Shown here: positions 20,864 through 33,445 of the stretch, in pieces | How the letters are laid out: each line of letters begins with the position of its first letter | Position numbering within the stretch: the stretch's first letter is position 1 | DNA from: Thecamonas trahens ATCC 50062 | Taxonomy: Eukaryota; Protista; Apusomonadida | Reading direction: 5' to 3' | DNA length: 64,000 bases | Assembly: GCF_000142905.1 (NCBI RefSeq) | Contig: NW_013657629.1 | Span: 124,001 to 188,000 of the forward strand | The notes under the pieces: model-generated | The model's input: only the letters and a program-made list of their open reading frames with translations | Database searches by the model: none | What the model was told of the DNA's origin: nothing | Position numbers and translations under genes: made by a program

Positions 20864-23800
20864 ATGATCACCAAGTTTGAGACAAAGTCGTACGTCGCCA
20901 GCTGCCAGACCAGCTTCCAGTCCGGCCAGCCAGACCAGCCAGACCGGCCAGACTAGCCCCCCCCCCTCTCCTTCTTCTCCCCTTCCCCTTTCTCTCCCTC
21001 TCCCCTCATCCCCCTCCCCTCCTCACCGCCATCCCCTCCCCAACCGCAGCAACCGTGTCAAGGGCCTCTCGTTCCACCCCTCGCGGCCGTGGATTCTGGC
21101 CTCGCTTCACATCGGCATCATTCAGTTCTGGGACTACCGTATGGGAACACTGCTGGAGCGGTTTGATGAGCACGAGGGCCCTGTGCGTGGAGTGTCCTTC
21201 CATCTTGCCCAGCCGCTGTTTGTGTCGGGTGGTGACGACTACAAGGTCAAGGTGTGGAACTACAAGATGCGCCGGTGCCTCTTTACTCTTGTGGGCCATC
21301 TGGACTTTATCCGGACGGTGCAGTTCCACAACGAGAATCCGTGGATTCTCTCCGCGTCTGACGACCAGACGATCCGGATCTGGAACTGGCAGGCGCGCAA
21401 CTGCATTTCTGTCCTCACTGGGCACAACCACTATGTCATGTGCGCGCAGTTCCACCCGAAGCTCGACCTTGCGGTCTCTGCCTCGCTCGACCAGACGGTG
21501 CGAGTGTGGGACCTCGCGGGCCTGAGGACCAAGTCTGGCCCGCGGTCGCTCGAGCCGCAGCAGTCGGACCTGTTTGGCGGCTCGGAGGCGACGGTCAAGT
21601 ACGTGCTCGAGGGCCACGAGCGCGGAGTCAACTGGGCCTCGTTCCACCACACGCTCCCGCTCATTGTCTCTGGCGCCGACGACCGGCAGATCAAGCTCTG
21701 GCGGCACAACGAGTCGCGGGCTTGGGAGGTCGACAAGTTCCACGGGCACTTTAACAACGTCTCGTGCGTTCTCTTCCACCCGCGCAAGGACCTGTTCATC
21801 TCGAACGCGGAAGACAAGTGCATTCGTGTGTGGGACATCCAGAAGCGGTCGTGCGTGCATCTGTTCCGGCGCGAGCACGACCGGTTCTGGATTCTGGCGG
21901 CGCATCCGGTCTTCAACCTCTTTGCCGCCGGACACGACTCGGGCATGATTGTGTTCAAGCTCGAGCGCGAGCGGCCAGGCTACACGGTGTACAAGGACAC
22001 GCTGTTCTACATCAAGGACCGGTACATCCGGACCTACGAGTTCTCGACTTCGCGCGACATCCCCATTGTGCCGATCCGGCGGCCAGCGTCGGCAACGGGC
22101 CCGCCGCGCTCGGTCTCATACAACCCTGCCGAGCGGGCAGTGATCATCACGTGGGACGAGGGAGGCGGGACGTACGAGCTGTACCACTTTCCGTCGGACC
22201 CGTCGTCGCGGATGGAGGTCGAGTGCAAGCGCGGCGCTGGCCTTGCCGCCGTCTTTGTCGCCCGCAACCGCTTTGCCGTCCTCGACGCGTCGCGCACAAT
22301 CCTCATCAAGTCGCTCGACAACGCCGTTCGCAAGCGGTGCGTGCCGCCGCACCCGTCGACCGACTTTATCTTTTACGCCGGGACCGGGTGCCTTTTCCTC
22401 CGCTCCGAGGGCAAGATCACTCTGTACGACATCCAGCGCAAGGCCGCGATGAAGGAGCTGACGGTGCCCAAGGTCAAGTACGTGTACTGGTCGAAGGACA
22501 TGTCGCACGTCGCACTCCTCTGCAAGCACTCGATCGTGCTCTGCACCCGCAAGCTCAAGCAGCTCGGCACCGTCCACGAGACCATCCGGGTCAAGTCGGG
22601 TGCGTGGAACGACGCTGGTGTCTTTATCTACACCACGCTCAATCACATCAAGTACGCTCTGCCCAACGGCGACTCGGGCATCATCCGCACCCTCTCGGTC
22701 CCGGTCTACATCACCAAGACCCGCGGCAACGTTGTGTACGCCCTCGACCGCGAGGGCAAGAACCGCGTCATCTCCATCGACTCGACCGAGTTTGCCTTTA
22801 AGCTCGCCCTCATCAACCGCGACTACGCCGAGGTCCGCCGCATCATCGAGTCGGCCCGTCTCCTCGGCAAGTCCATTGTCGCCTACCTCCAGCGCAAGGG
22901 CTTCCCCGAAGTCGCCCTCTACTTTGTCAAGGACCCCAACACCCGGTTCTCGCTCGCCCTCGAATGCGGTAACATCGAGGTCGCCCTCGAGTGCGCCAAG
23001 ACCGTCGAGTCGGTCGACATGTGGCAGCAGCTCGCCGTCGAGGCCCTCCGCCAGGGCAACCACCAAGTGGTCGAGATGTCGTACCAGCGGACCATGTCGT
23101 TTGCCAAGCTCTCGTTCCTCTACCTCATCACCGGCAACCTTGTCAAGCTCAACAAGATGCTCCAGATCTCGGCCATGCGCAACGACACCATGGGCCGCTT
23201 CCACAACGCGCTCTACACCGGCTCGGCCCAGGACCGCGTCAAGGTCCTCTACGACGCCGGCCAGTTCCAGCTCGCGTACGCCGCCGCCGTCGCCCACGGC
23301 CTCACCGACGACGCCGACGCCATCCGCACCGCGCTCGGGCCCGACAACATCCCGGCCGGCCTCGACGAGTTCCTCGTCGAGAACGGCAAGCTCCTCCTCC
23401 CGCCTGTTCCGCTCATGAAGCTGCATGAGTCCAACTGGCCGCTCCTCACCCGCTCCCGCGGCTACTTTGACGGTGCCGGCATCACAGACGCCGCCTCCAT
23501 CGGCGGCGTCGTCATCGACGACGACGACTCGGACGGTGCTGCAGGCGGCTGGGGCTCGTCCTCGGACGCCGACGCTCCCGACGGAACCGACCCTGCTGCT
23601 GCTGGCAACGATGGTACGTACCTTCTTTCCCCTCCTTTTTTCTTCCCTGCGCTCCAGCGCCTCTACCAGTTTTCCCCCGCCGCCTCGGGCTGCCTGCCTT
23701 GCCTTGGTCCGACCCGTGTGGGTGCGTATCCGTTCCGGCTGGTTTTGTTTCCCAAAATTTGGCCTCCAGCGCCTTTTTCCATTTCGGTCACGATGAAGTG

Positions 23801-25059
23801 ATGATCAACATGCTAATACTGAATCGGGTGCCTTCGGGCATCCTTTTATGTCGAACATGATCCAAAACCTGATCGTCGTCACCTTTCCCCCTCCCTTTTC
23901 CTCTCTCTCTCCCTCCCTCTCGCATGCTGCTCTCTCGCATGTCGCACCCCACTCACCGTCACGTCACGATGCTGCGGTCATCGCGTGCTCTTGCTGTGCT
24001 ACAGGCGACGACTCGGCCGGCTCTGGATGGGGCTCAGACTCGGACCTGGACATTCCGGTGGAAGAGCTTGCGGCGGCGACGGCCGGCGCGGTCAGCAGCG
24101 TGCCCGGGGCCACCGGTGGCCCGTATGTGCCGCCGCCGCCGGGCCAGCCGGTCTCTGCCGGGTGGACAACGTCGACACTTGCGGTGGACCACGTGGCAGC
24201 GGGATCGTTCGAGTCTGCGATGCAGCTGCTGGTGCGGCAGATTGCCGTGGGCGACTTTGGCCCGCTCCTCCCTGCCTTCCGGCGGGTCTTCCTCGGCTCG
24301 CAGGCGGCAGTGACGGCGTTCTCACTCTCGCAGCCGCTGGCGGCGCCGCTTGTTGCCGATTGGGAGCATGCGACGCCCAAGACAGCGCAGCCGCTTGTGG
24401 CCATCTCGATGGCGTCGCTCATCACATCGCTGCAGGCCGCGTACTCGGCGACCACCAAGGGCAAGTTCCCGGCGGCCGTGGAGCTGTTCCGCGGCATCCT
24501 CGCCCAGCTCCCGCTGGTCAAGGCTGCGACCAAGGCCGAGGAGGCCGAGGCGCGCCAGCTCCTCGGCATCTGCGTCCAGTACATCACTGGCCTCTCCATG
24601 GAGATCCTCCGCAAGGCCGCCAAGGGCGACCTCCCGCGGGCCCTCGCCCTCATGGCATACTTTACCCACTGCAAGCTCGAGACCGCACACATGCGCCTCG
24701 CTCTCGAAATGGCCATGAAGGGCGCGTACAAGGCCAAGAACTTTGGCATGGCCGCCTCGTTCTGCCAGCGCCTCCTCGCTCTCTCGCCCAAGCCCAAGGT
24801 CGCTCAGAAGGCCACCCAGGTCCACCAGGTCTGCTCCAAGAACCCGACCAACGCCGTCGACGTCGACTACCAGGAGTTCAACCCCTTTGTCATGTGCTGC
24901 GCCACATACACCCCCATCTACGCCGGCTCTCCCTCGGCCACGTGTGGCTACTGCGCCGCCGCCTACAAGCCCGATCTCGCCGGCTCCATCTGCACCGTCT
25001 GCCTCATCGGCAAGGTCGGTGCCCAGGGTGCCGGCCTTGTCCTCCGCGCCGGTCGGTAA
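20864..25059 (+). CDS. COPA: Coatomer subunit alpha; exons 20864-20889, 21050-23613, 24005-25059
   Basis: Splicing GTACGT..CAG introns (20890-21049 and 23614-24004) gives [21 protein letters not shown]40 repeats, coatomer WDAD region and the COPI C-terminal domain ending [10 protein letters not shown]. Confidence 0.97.
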
Positions 25060-25281
25060 ACCCCCCCCCCCTTCCCACCCTCACCCTCGTCTGAGAGCCC
25101 CTCGTGCGACCACGCCCCGTCAGCCGTCTCCCCCCCCCCCCCCTCCCCATCCCCGCACGTTAGTGACCTCACCGCCACCCACCCCCCACCACTGCCAGCC
25201 ACAACTACAGCCACCTCTCCCTCCCTTCCTCCTCCCTCCCCTCCCCCCCCCCCCCCCCACTGCACTGCACCCACAACCACC

Positions 25282-26084
25282 ATGAAGTTCACCCTCTGTA
25301 CCGCCACCTCCCCCCCCCCCCCGCCCCCAACTCAGTGCTGTGGCTGGCGTTGGCTGGCGTAGCCCTCTACTCGGCAACACATCCGGGAAAGGACCAGTTC
25401 AGGACGTGTAGCGACTGCAGCAACGATGGCAAATGCTTTTGCTTTGTCAAGGCCAAGACCATTCCCACCACAGGCATCATCACCCGATACAATGCCGATG
25501 GGACAGAGACCAAGAGCGAGACGGAGATGAACCTCGTCCAGACCAACGTCCACTGCGGGACGGGCAACGATCATGCCGTCTGTGGCGCACTCACCTTCAA
25601 CTGGCTCATCGTCTCCCCCTGGATCAACGTCCTCGTCCTCGCCCCTGTCCTCTACCGTCTCCTCTTCCACATCGGGACGTACAAGCCCCAGGTCGTCATG
25701 TCCTACATCCTCAAGCGCCTGGGCCTCACACTGTTCCTCGTCCTCTCCCGCGCAGGGCTCTACCTTGTCACCTCGGGCTTTGCCTTCTCCGATCACATCG
25801 TGGGTGGCCAGCGCCCGCGACAGGGCAAGCATCGAGTCGAGCATACCAAGCGCCTGCTGCGAGGTGAACTGGATCTCAAGCTCGTCGTCTTCGTGTACGC
25901 CCTCGCTCTCACCGTTATCACCACCTGCAACGCCTTTTACACTGCCTCGTACTTCCACTCGTACGCAGACATCTCTACCGGCCTTCTCATCGGCGCCATC
26001 TACCCCATCATTGCCGTCGTTGCCCTCCGCTCCGGCGCCCTGGTCTACGTCCGCCCGCCGCGGAGTGCCGCCACCGTGGAGTAG
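25282..26084 (+). CDS. Hypothetical membrane protein (signal peptide, Cys-rich ectodomain, about 4 TM); exons 25282-25297 and 25336-26084
   Basis: Removing a 38-nt GTACCG..CAG intron gives MKFTLLLWLALAGVALYSAT; then CSDCSNDGKCFC and several hydrophobic helices. Carries an 84-bp insert shared with TTI1. Confidence 0.65.
25798..25881. repeat. Copy 1 of an 84-bp dispersed direct repeat (copy 2 at 26424-26507)
   Basis: 83/84 identical; single mismatch A25845 vs G26471. Confidence 0.95.
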
Positions 26085-26257
26085 GTAGCCCTTATCGCTA
26101 CCAATTCTCGCACCGCGCCAGGTTGCGCGCACAAGCTACGGTAAAGTAGGAGATTGACGCACCCAGAGTGTGCAGAGCCGCCTGCTGCCACCAGCCGCCA
26201 CATCTCACCATTGCTCGAGTGTCATTGGGAGGAGGCGCAGATATCGTGGGTAGGCCG

Positions 26258-29200
26258 TCACCACGCTGGCGTCGTGCTCATCATCACCGTCTGCAGTCCG
26301 AGCGCCTCGCCTGCTTGCGATGGCCGGTGCTCGCGCCCGCCCGCAGCTTGCTCGCTGCGGACCCAGGCGAGGTCGGGAGCGAGGTGAGCGAGGGCCGCGA
26401 GCGCATCCTCGCTTGCCTCGGCCTCGTGGGTGGCCAGCGCCCGCGACAGGGCAAGCATCGAGTCGAGCATGCCAAGCGCCTGCTGCGAGGTGAACTGGAT
26501 CTCAAGCAGCGGCAGGTCGCCAGCAACGAATGCAAGGAAAGCCGTCGCCAGACGATGGCGGGCGCCCGGCCAGACTGCAGCCGGCGACGGCGGGAGTCGG
26601 GCCACAAACCCCGCGAGCACCGGCCAGGCCTCGGTCACCACCCGCCGACGCATGAACGACCGGCCGACGCGAACCATGGAGCTGAGAGCCTTGACCACGC
26701 TCGTCATCGCCGATGCTGCCGCCAGCGGATCCTGGCTCCACTCGCGGTCGGCGGCATGGCACGCTGCCATCAGCGGGCCCCACACCGCGTGGATGAGCGG
26801 CAGCGCCGTGTCTTCGCCGCGCCCGCTGGCGTCCCATCGGATGACCGGAAAGCAAACAGCGGCGGTATCGAGGACGGCACTCCGCAGCGCAAGCTGCGGC
26901 CACGCTAGAAAGTGCGGACAGACGCCGAGCATGGCGGCGGCGAGCGCGGCCTCGCGCGAAAGCGGCGGCTTCTCCTCCTCCTTCTCCGCATGCACATCGC
27001 GGGCACTGCTGCCGTCGTCGTCAACGTGCGCCAGCTCGCCAAGTTCATCCTCTTCGGCTTTGCGCTGGTGATAGGACTTGAAAAACAGCTCAATCTCTGC
27101 CATTGGCGTCGGCCCACCGTCGGCGCTCGGCGCTCGCGCGGTCCGCGCCACCGCCGACTTGAGCAGCGCAAATGTGGCCGAGAAGACATTGGGCGAGACG
27201 CCGTCGGTCGGCAGCGACGGCGATGGCAGCGTCGGTGGCGTAGGACACGGCAACGTCCTGGCAAGCGCCAGCAGCGCACGGAACAGAACAAGCGGCGACG
27301 AGAGGGCCGCGGCCGCGGCGTCCATCCGCGCTCCATACCGACTCTGCGTCATCGAGAGCAGCTCGAGGACAACGTCGACAACCTCGTCGACGTACGCCAC
27401 AGCATCGGCGTCGACGTAGACCAGCATGCCGTCGAGGACACGGAGCGCGAGATGGGCACAAGCATTTGACTCGGATCCGGGATCGATAACCGCTGCCCGC
27501 AGCGCGGCGCACACGCCGTCGACAAGGTAGTCGGCGTTGCCGCGATGACGCCAGCAACCTGCGAGTCGGTCCTCTCTGCAACCGCAGCCAGGACTCGCGC
27601 CGCACCGCGGGCCACCAGTGCATGCGGCGAGCCAGCGGCGGCAACCGCCACAAACAAGTGGTCGCGGAGAAAGAGGCCCATCTCTGTGCTGGCCAACCGG
27701 AGCACACACGCCGCGATCACGTCGAGGACCAGCGCACACACTAGCGGCTTGGCCGAGAGCGTCAGGCGAGCGAGCGCGTCCGACGCTGGTCCCACCACGG
27801 TTCGGCCGAGTCCGGCGGAAGCGAGGGCAGAGTCCGGAAGAGCACTCACGGTCTCGGCGAGGAGCCAAAGCGAGCCCGAGTCGGCGGTAGCAAGGTCGCG
27901 GCCGACCGGATCGAGGAGGGCGTTGAGGATGACGAGCGGCGGTACGGCGGATGCGAGCGCAGCGAGAACGCTGCGGAGGGCAGGCACAATGCCTGGATGG
28001 GTGAACGAGGCAAAGCCGTAGCTGGCGGCAGTGTCGGCCAGCTCTGCCAGCGCACCCGGTCCAATCTCACTCAGCTGCGCACGCGATACCTCGATCTGAG
28101 TCAGGCTGCGGAGCGCTGTCACCACCCGCGGAAGGTCGTCGAGAAGCGAGGCCAGCGCGGCGTCGCCGAGAGTGAGCAGGAAGCCACGGAGTGCAACAAG
28201 GCTCGCCCTCTTGGAAGTGTCTGACGAGCCATGCGAGAGTCCGCGCGGCAGCGTGACGACCAGCCCATGGAATGCCGACTGAAGCGCGCGGAGAACCGGG
28301 CGCGAGCTGAGATCGACATGCGCGGCCACAAGAGCCCCGGCCTTGACGCCCACCATGCGCGCACCAGGAAGATCGTCTTCGTGGGCGAGGAGGACGGCCC
28401 ACTCGACTACCGACGCCAGCGCGAGGCTGAAGGCAGGCGTCCGGAGCAGGACAGCAACAACGTCGAGGAAGCCGAGGCGGACACGGGCCTTGGGGTGCAT
28501 GGCGCAGAACTTGGCAAGGCGCTCGTAGAGAGCGATGATCTTGGCTGCGGTCTTGGACTGTGCATTGCGCAGCTCTGCCTCGGAAGTCACCTCCTGCTGT
28601 GCGACGGCAGCGGCGAGCCGGGCCGCCGGCGACGCCGGCGTCGGTGGCGGCGGCGGCGCCGCGCCAAAGACGGCATCGACGTAAACGGCAAAGGTGACAA
28701 GGGCACGAGCTTTGACGCGGGAGGCCTCAGTGGTCTCTCCCGACGCGACGTGGGTCAGTCCCGACAGCACGCCGGGGAGGACAGCGAGGAGCATGCTCGG
28801 ATGCCCGCAAAAGCGGAGGCCAGCAGCTGCAATGACGTCGACCGCCGCAGCTCGGATGTGGATGGCCGGATGGTGGCGGGCGAGGAGGAGCGCTGCAAAA
28901 ACCAGATGTCCCACCAGGGCTCTGCCCATGTCAGAGCCAACCAGCTGACCATGATCCGGATCATCCGACCAGTTCCGAGCACGGGCGGCAGCCGAGGCAG
29001 CATCCAGCGAGGCGAGCACATCCTCTGTCTCACCATCTGCCGCCTCAGGCAAGGCTTGCCGCAGCTGCGGAGCCAAAATGGCCACGATTAGCCTCAGCTC
29101 TGGCGCCAGGCGAGCCTCATCAACACGAGCCACCGCAGCCGGATCGGGCTTCTCGGCCGAGGCAAAGACAGCCCACGCAGCGGAGATCCTTCTTGCCAGC

Positions 29201-29496
29201 GAGATGAGAACGTTTGGCAGGAGAGCGAGATCGGTGGCCTTTGCGATGACTTCTGCTGTTGTCCGTACAGCCATCCGTGTCGTCGGAGTCTCCCTGTCCC
29301 ACACGGCCAGCAGTGGCACAACCAGGTAGCCGGCCAGGCGGTCGACCTCTTCAGCCCGGGAGGCCTTGACGGCGGTGGCGAGGGCGGCGAGGGCGTCTGC
29401 TGCCGCGGCTGCTGGTGTCGTCGGCGACACAAGTTGCACACATAGCGGCTTGGCTTGCTGGAAGAGCCTGCTCTCGTTCGGGCTCGTCTCGGCCAT
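26258..29496 (-). CDS. TTI1: TELO2-interacting protein 1 (TTT complex, HEAT repeats); one frameshift at about 27540
   Basis: LFQQAKPLCVQL and LPGVLSGL in ORF 27349..29496; NADYLVD, LPLIHAVWGPL and FMRRRV in ORF 26258..27868. One extra base at 27540-27541 joins them (VIAGNADYLV). Confidence 0.85.
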
Positions 29497-29684
29497 GGCG
29501 GGGAGGGGGGAAGGGGGAGGGGGAGTGGGGTGGTCGCCGACTCGGCGGGCGGCGGGCGGCGGGCGGCGGGCGGCTGGCGGCTGGCGAGGTGGTTGGGAAT
29601 GTGAGCGGATGATCGGTCGGGAAGGAGATCTGAAGGGATTGAGGATGCAGGAAGAGAGTGCGAGCGAGAGAGTGTGTGTGTGGA

Positions 29685-29795
29685 GTGGTGGTGGTGGTGG
29701 TGGTGGTGGTGGTGGTGGTGGTGGTGGTGGTGATGGCGGTGGTGATGGCGGCGGTGGTGATGGCGGTGGTGGTGATGGCGGTGGTGATGGCGGTG
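29685..29795. repeat. (GGT)n microsatellite grading into GATGGCGGTGGT-type units
   Basis: Read directly. Confidence 0.9.
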
Positions 29796-29924
29796 GAGGT
29801 CGGAGGGAGAGTGAGATCGATGGCAGATTGTACTGGTCGAGGTTGCAAAGCGATCAGGCCGTGGCCTTGGACTGGGTGTCGCCAGTAAGTATGTCGGACT
29901 GTCAAGGTGCCTATGCAGAGCAGC

Positions 29925-31220
29925 TTACTTCTTATACAGCTTGTCGTACGATGGGGGCTTGTCCTTCGTGGCGTCGGGGTGTGGAGCAAATGGGTTGAAC
30001 TCGTCCGAGTTGTCAGATGAGACTGCGGTGCCGGTCGTCGCGGTGTCACACGTCTCATCGTAAGAGTAAGAGGTCTCAAGATGGACGGGTTCGGGAGCAG
30101 TAGCGTTGTCGATGGCCCTGTAGCAGATAAAGAAGCAGGCAACGATCGGGCGGAAGATGATGGAGCCAAAGCCCTCGAGATTGTGTGTAAAGGCGAAAAA
30201 GTCAGCGGCGAGGAAGAGGCAGAGGAAGATGATGCCTGAGATGAGGAGGGTGTAGATGCCGCCCATCATGGTCGAGACGAACATAACGACGATCCAGCCG
30301 GGAAGGCCGCAGCAAAAGAGCGGAACAAAGGCGATGTAAAGCGATGTGAGGCAAAAGGCAAAGGCGCCGCCACCCACGAGGAGGGCGAGGAAGATGTACC
30401 ACAGGTTCGGGTTGTGGTAGTTGAGCCCGCGCTCGTAGCACTGCCAGCGGCGGCAGTACTTGTTGTTGTCAGACACGTCAGTGCAGGAGCAGTCCGACTG
30501 CTCAAACTCCTCGCTCGACCATATGTCGCCGATGTAGCGGTCGCAGACATACTGACCGAGCTCGAGGCAGGTGTACGACTCGTGCTCGGCGGCACCAGCG
30601 CCATTGTTGTCGATTTCGACGCAAGTCCAGGCGACGCAGATCGATGATGAGCCTGCAGTACCTGTTGCGTACCTGTGGCATGAGCAGCGGGTAAACTCGG
30701 AATCGATCTCGCGTTGCCTGCAGATTGTGTTGCGGTCCGAGTCCCTCGAGCAGCAAGCGGTACCCGATTCCCACTCTTCGGAGCGGCAGAGGTCGATCTC
30801 GGTCTGCAGACACTCCCAGACACTGCAAGTGGTGTTGGTGTAGGTAGTGCAACCACAGGAGCCCGTCTCCCGCTACTTTGCTGAAAACTCGAGGGTGTCC
30901 CAGGCGAAGCAGTACTCGCCCGAGCTCGCCTCCTTGCTGCAGGTGTAGATCTCGTTCTCATCGTCCCAGTCAAGTCCTACGAGCGGATAACCTCCTTGAA
31001 AGTATGGCCATCCGTTGCATGTATGCCCTGCCCGTCGTGCAGCTTGCTTGTTCGTGCAGTCATCCATCCGTCGGCAGATCGAGTCGTCGCGGCATGCCAG
31101 TCCCTTGAATGCCTCGGCCGGCTTGGACTCGGACGAGCCAGCCACGGGCACCACCACCACCACCACCGCCACGGCCATAGCAGCCAGGATCACCACTGCT
31201 GTTGTCTGATTGCGACGCAT
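29925..31220 (-). CDS. Cys-repeat cell-surface membrane protein interrupted by one in-frame TAG at 30873-30875 (pseudogene, error or readthrough)
   Basis: ORFs 30873..31220 and 29925..30476 share one frame (432 codons) with a single internal stop. Signal peptide, repeated C..CxxWxC units, about 4 TM helices, tail ending PPSY. Confidence 0.75.
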
Positions 31221-31771
31221 GGTGCTTCGGCTTATCCTGGTGTGTGCGTGTGTGCGTGTGCGTGTGTGTGCGTGTGTGTGTGTGTGTGTGTGTTTGGAGG
31301 GGATGGGGGGGGGAGAGGTGGCTGCGGCTGTGGCTGCGGCTGTGGCTGGCGGTGTGGGCTGGGCAGGAGGAGGAGGGGGGGGGGTGATGATGATGGTGGT
31401 GATGGTTGATTTGATGGTTAGGAGGCGATGGGCATGGGAATGAGGACAGGGGCATGAGGATAGGATGAGGAAGATCGGCTTGGCTGTGGGAGAGGTGAGA
31501 GGAGGGTGCAGGTGTTACTACCGTTCCGACTCGTTTCAGAAGGTGTTGAGTGGGGGTGAGGGCAACAAGCCAGCAATTGGGGTGCAGAATGGTTGATGGC
31601 TGGCTGGGGTGGGTGTGGTGCGGAGAGGTGGATGGTGTGGTCGGCGCAGGGAGTGGCGGCTGCGGCGTGGAGCCAGCTGAGCAAGATCGCGGTCCACAGC
31701 TGTCGGATCGCTCGGAGGGAGGAGGAGAGCAGCATAGATGAGAGACGCTTCACACCGGGGAGGAGCATCAT

Positions 31772-32338
31772 CTACTCGTCATCGTCGGAAGAGTACTCGT
31801 CGGAAAAGTCGCGCCTATTGGGGTTGGCCAGCAGGTCTGCGAGAAAATCGTCTGCAGCGTCGTTGTGGCCATCGTCGTCCGAGGCAGCCTCAGCGGCTGC
31901 AGCCTCGTCTGGGTCAGCCAAAGCAGCGGGCCACTCGCCGATGGTCTTGAGGTGATCCGCCTGTGGAGCCGCCAGCGGGAGGATGATTTCGCCACGGATC
32001 TTTGCCGACGCAGTGCCTCCATCATCAGCAAAGGCGCCGACAACTACATACGAGCCGTTCTTGATCCAGACCATATTGCGGAACTTGGACGGGAGGCGAA
32101 CAAGGACCCGATCGGGACCATCCGGCCCGCTTCCATGATTCTCCCCCTCTCCTGCTTCTTCTCCATCATTCTTTTCTGCCTCCAGCGCAATGCCCATCCC
32201 CAGCGCGTCCGTAATGCCCGGAACGTGGACCATAAACGTGGCCGAGCCCACGTTGGCTTCGATCTGGCCCACAAACTGGCCCTCTTCAAGCTCCACAAGC
32301 TCCGTCTGCAGCGCACGCAAGTGCTTCCGGTTCGACAT
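31772..32338 (-). CDS. EIF1AD: eIF1A-domain RNA-binding protein
   Basis: LVRLPSKFRNMVWIKNGSYVVV, KIRGEI, HLKTIGEWP and NPNRR followed by an acidic tail. Confidence 0.88.
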   Translation of the reverse strand: MSNRKHLRALQTELVELEEGQFVGQIEANVGSATFMVHVPGITDALGMGIALEAEKNDGEEAGEGENHGSGPDGPDRVLVRLPSKFRNMVWIKNGSYVVVGAFADDGGTASAKIRGEIILPLAAPQADHLKTIGEWPAALADPDEAAAAEAASDDDGHNDAADDFLADLLANPNRRDFSDEYSSDDDE

Positions 32339-32713
32339 CAGCCTCCGTATGAACTCTAAACACTTATTGCTCTGGTTGCCTTGCGTGAGGTGTCGTCCGT
32401 GACCTCGCCTGACTTCCGTTTGTGGCCAGGTGGTGGGAGGGGAGGTGGGATGGGCCGGGGGGGGGGTTGGCCGAGTGGCGGAGGGGGGGGGGGGGGGGTT
32501 GGGGGATGGATTGATCGGCCGATTGGGAGGGGATGGGACGAGGATTGTGTGATTGTAGGCATACGGGGAGTGTGATGTGTGTGGCGTGCAGTGTGCAGTC
32601 AGTGTGTGTGGTGTGTGTAGTGTGTGCGGTGTATGTGTGGCGTGTGGGCGGAGATCGATGTCGATGACTGATGATGCATGGGGATGCGTGGCCGGGGGTG
32701 AGGCTCTGGATGC

Positions 32714-33310
32714 TCAGATGTAGACGGCAGAGCCGATGAAAAAGGCGACGAGGAGGGTGATAAAGGCGGCGAGAAAGGCAAGGCCGGCGAGGATAAGGAC
32801 ACATGGAAGAGTCCAGATGACGGTGCGATCGGCGTAGCGGGCAAGTTGCGAACGCTCGGCGAGGCGGGACGAGATGAAGTAGATGCCAGCCATCGATGCC
32901 GGGCCGTAGACGCCCCATCCAACCACCTGCACCACCAGCCAGAACAAAGCCGCCGATGAGCATGGCTTGTAGACGCCGAGGATGATGAGGCCGAGTGCGT
33001 AGAGCGAGGCTGCGCCTGTGGCGGCGAGGCAGGCCAAGAGCAGATCGTTGATGCGGGCCATGAGCGTCCTTGCCACAGGCAACGAGACCAAGGCCGAGGT
33101 CGGCGGGTGCATGAGCGTGTAGATGCGATAGAGGGCGAGGGTCATGCTTGCTACCATCGCCGTGGCAAACGCCATCAATCCGCCCGCCACCTGCTGGCAG
33201 CCTGAGGCCCGGATGCTCGCCGCGCCCACTGCCGTGCTCACCGCCACAGGCGCCCACAGTCCGCACACTGCTGCGCAGGCAAGGTATCCAGCCCGTCTCC
33301 GGTCTGCCAT
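32714..33310 (-). CDS. Hypothetical multi-pass membrane protein (198 aa)
   Basis: ATG-initiated ORF with about 5-6 hydrophobic segments, preceded by a C-rich leader. No family recognised. Confidence 0.6.
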   Translation of the reverse strand: MADRRRAGYLACAAVCGLWAPVAVSTAVGAASIRASGCQQVAGGLMAFATAMVASMTLALYRIYTLMHPPTSALVSLPVARTLMARINDLLLACLAATGAASLYALGLIILGVYKPCSSAALFWLVVQVVGWGVYGPASMAGIYFISSRLAERSQLARYADRTVIWTLPCVLILAGLAFLAAFITLLVAFFIGSAVYI

Positions 33311-33445
33311 GGCGAGTGTGTGCGTGAGGGAGAGGAGGAGGAGGAAGTAGGAGGTGAGGTGCTGGGCCCTTGCTGGTCCTAGCCGTGCTTGGTGGTGGTG
33401 GTGGCTGGTATGGGTTTGCGGTGGGGAGAGGGGGGGGGCGGGCGG

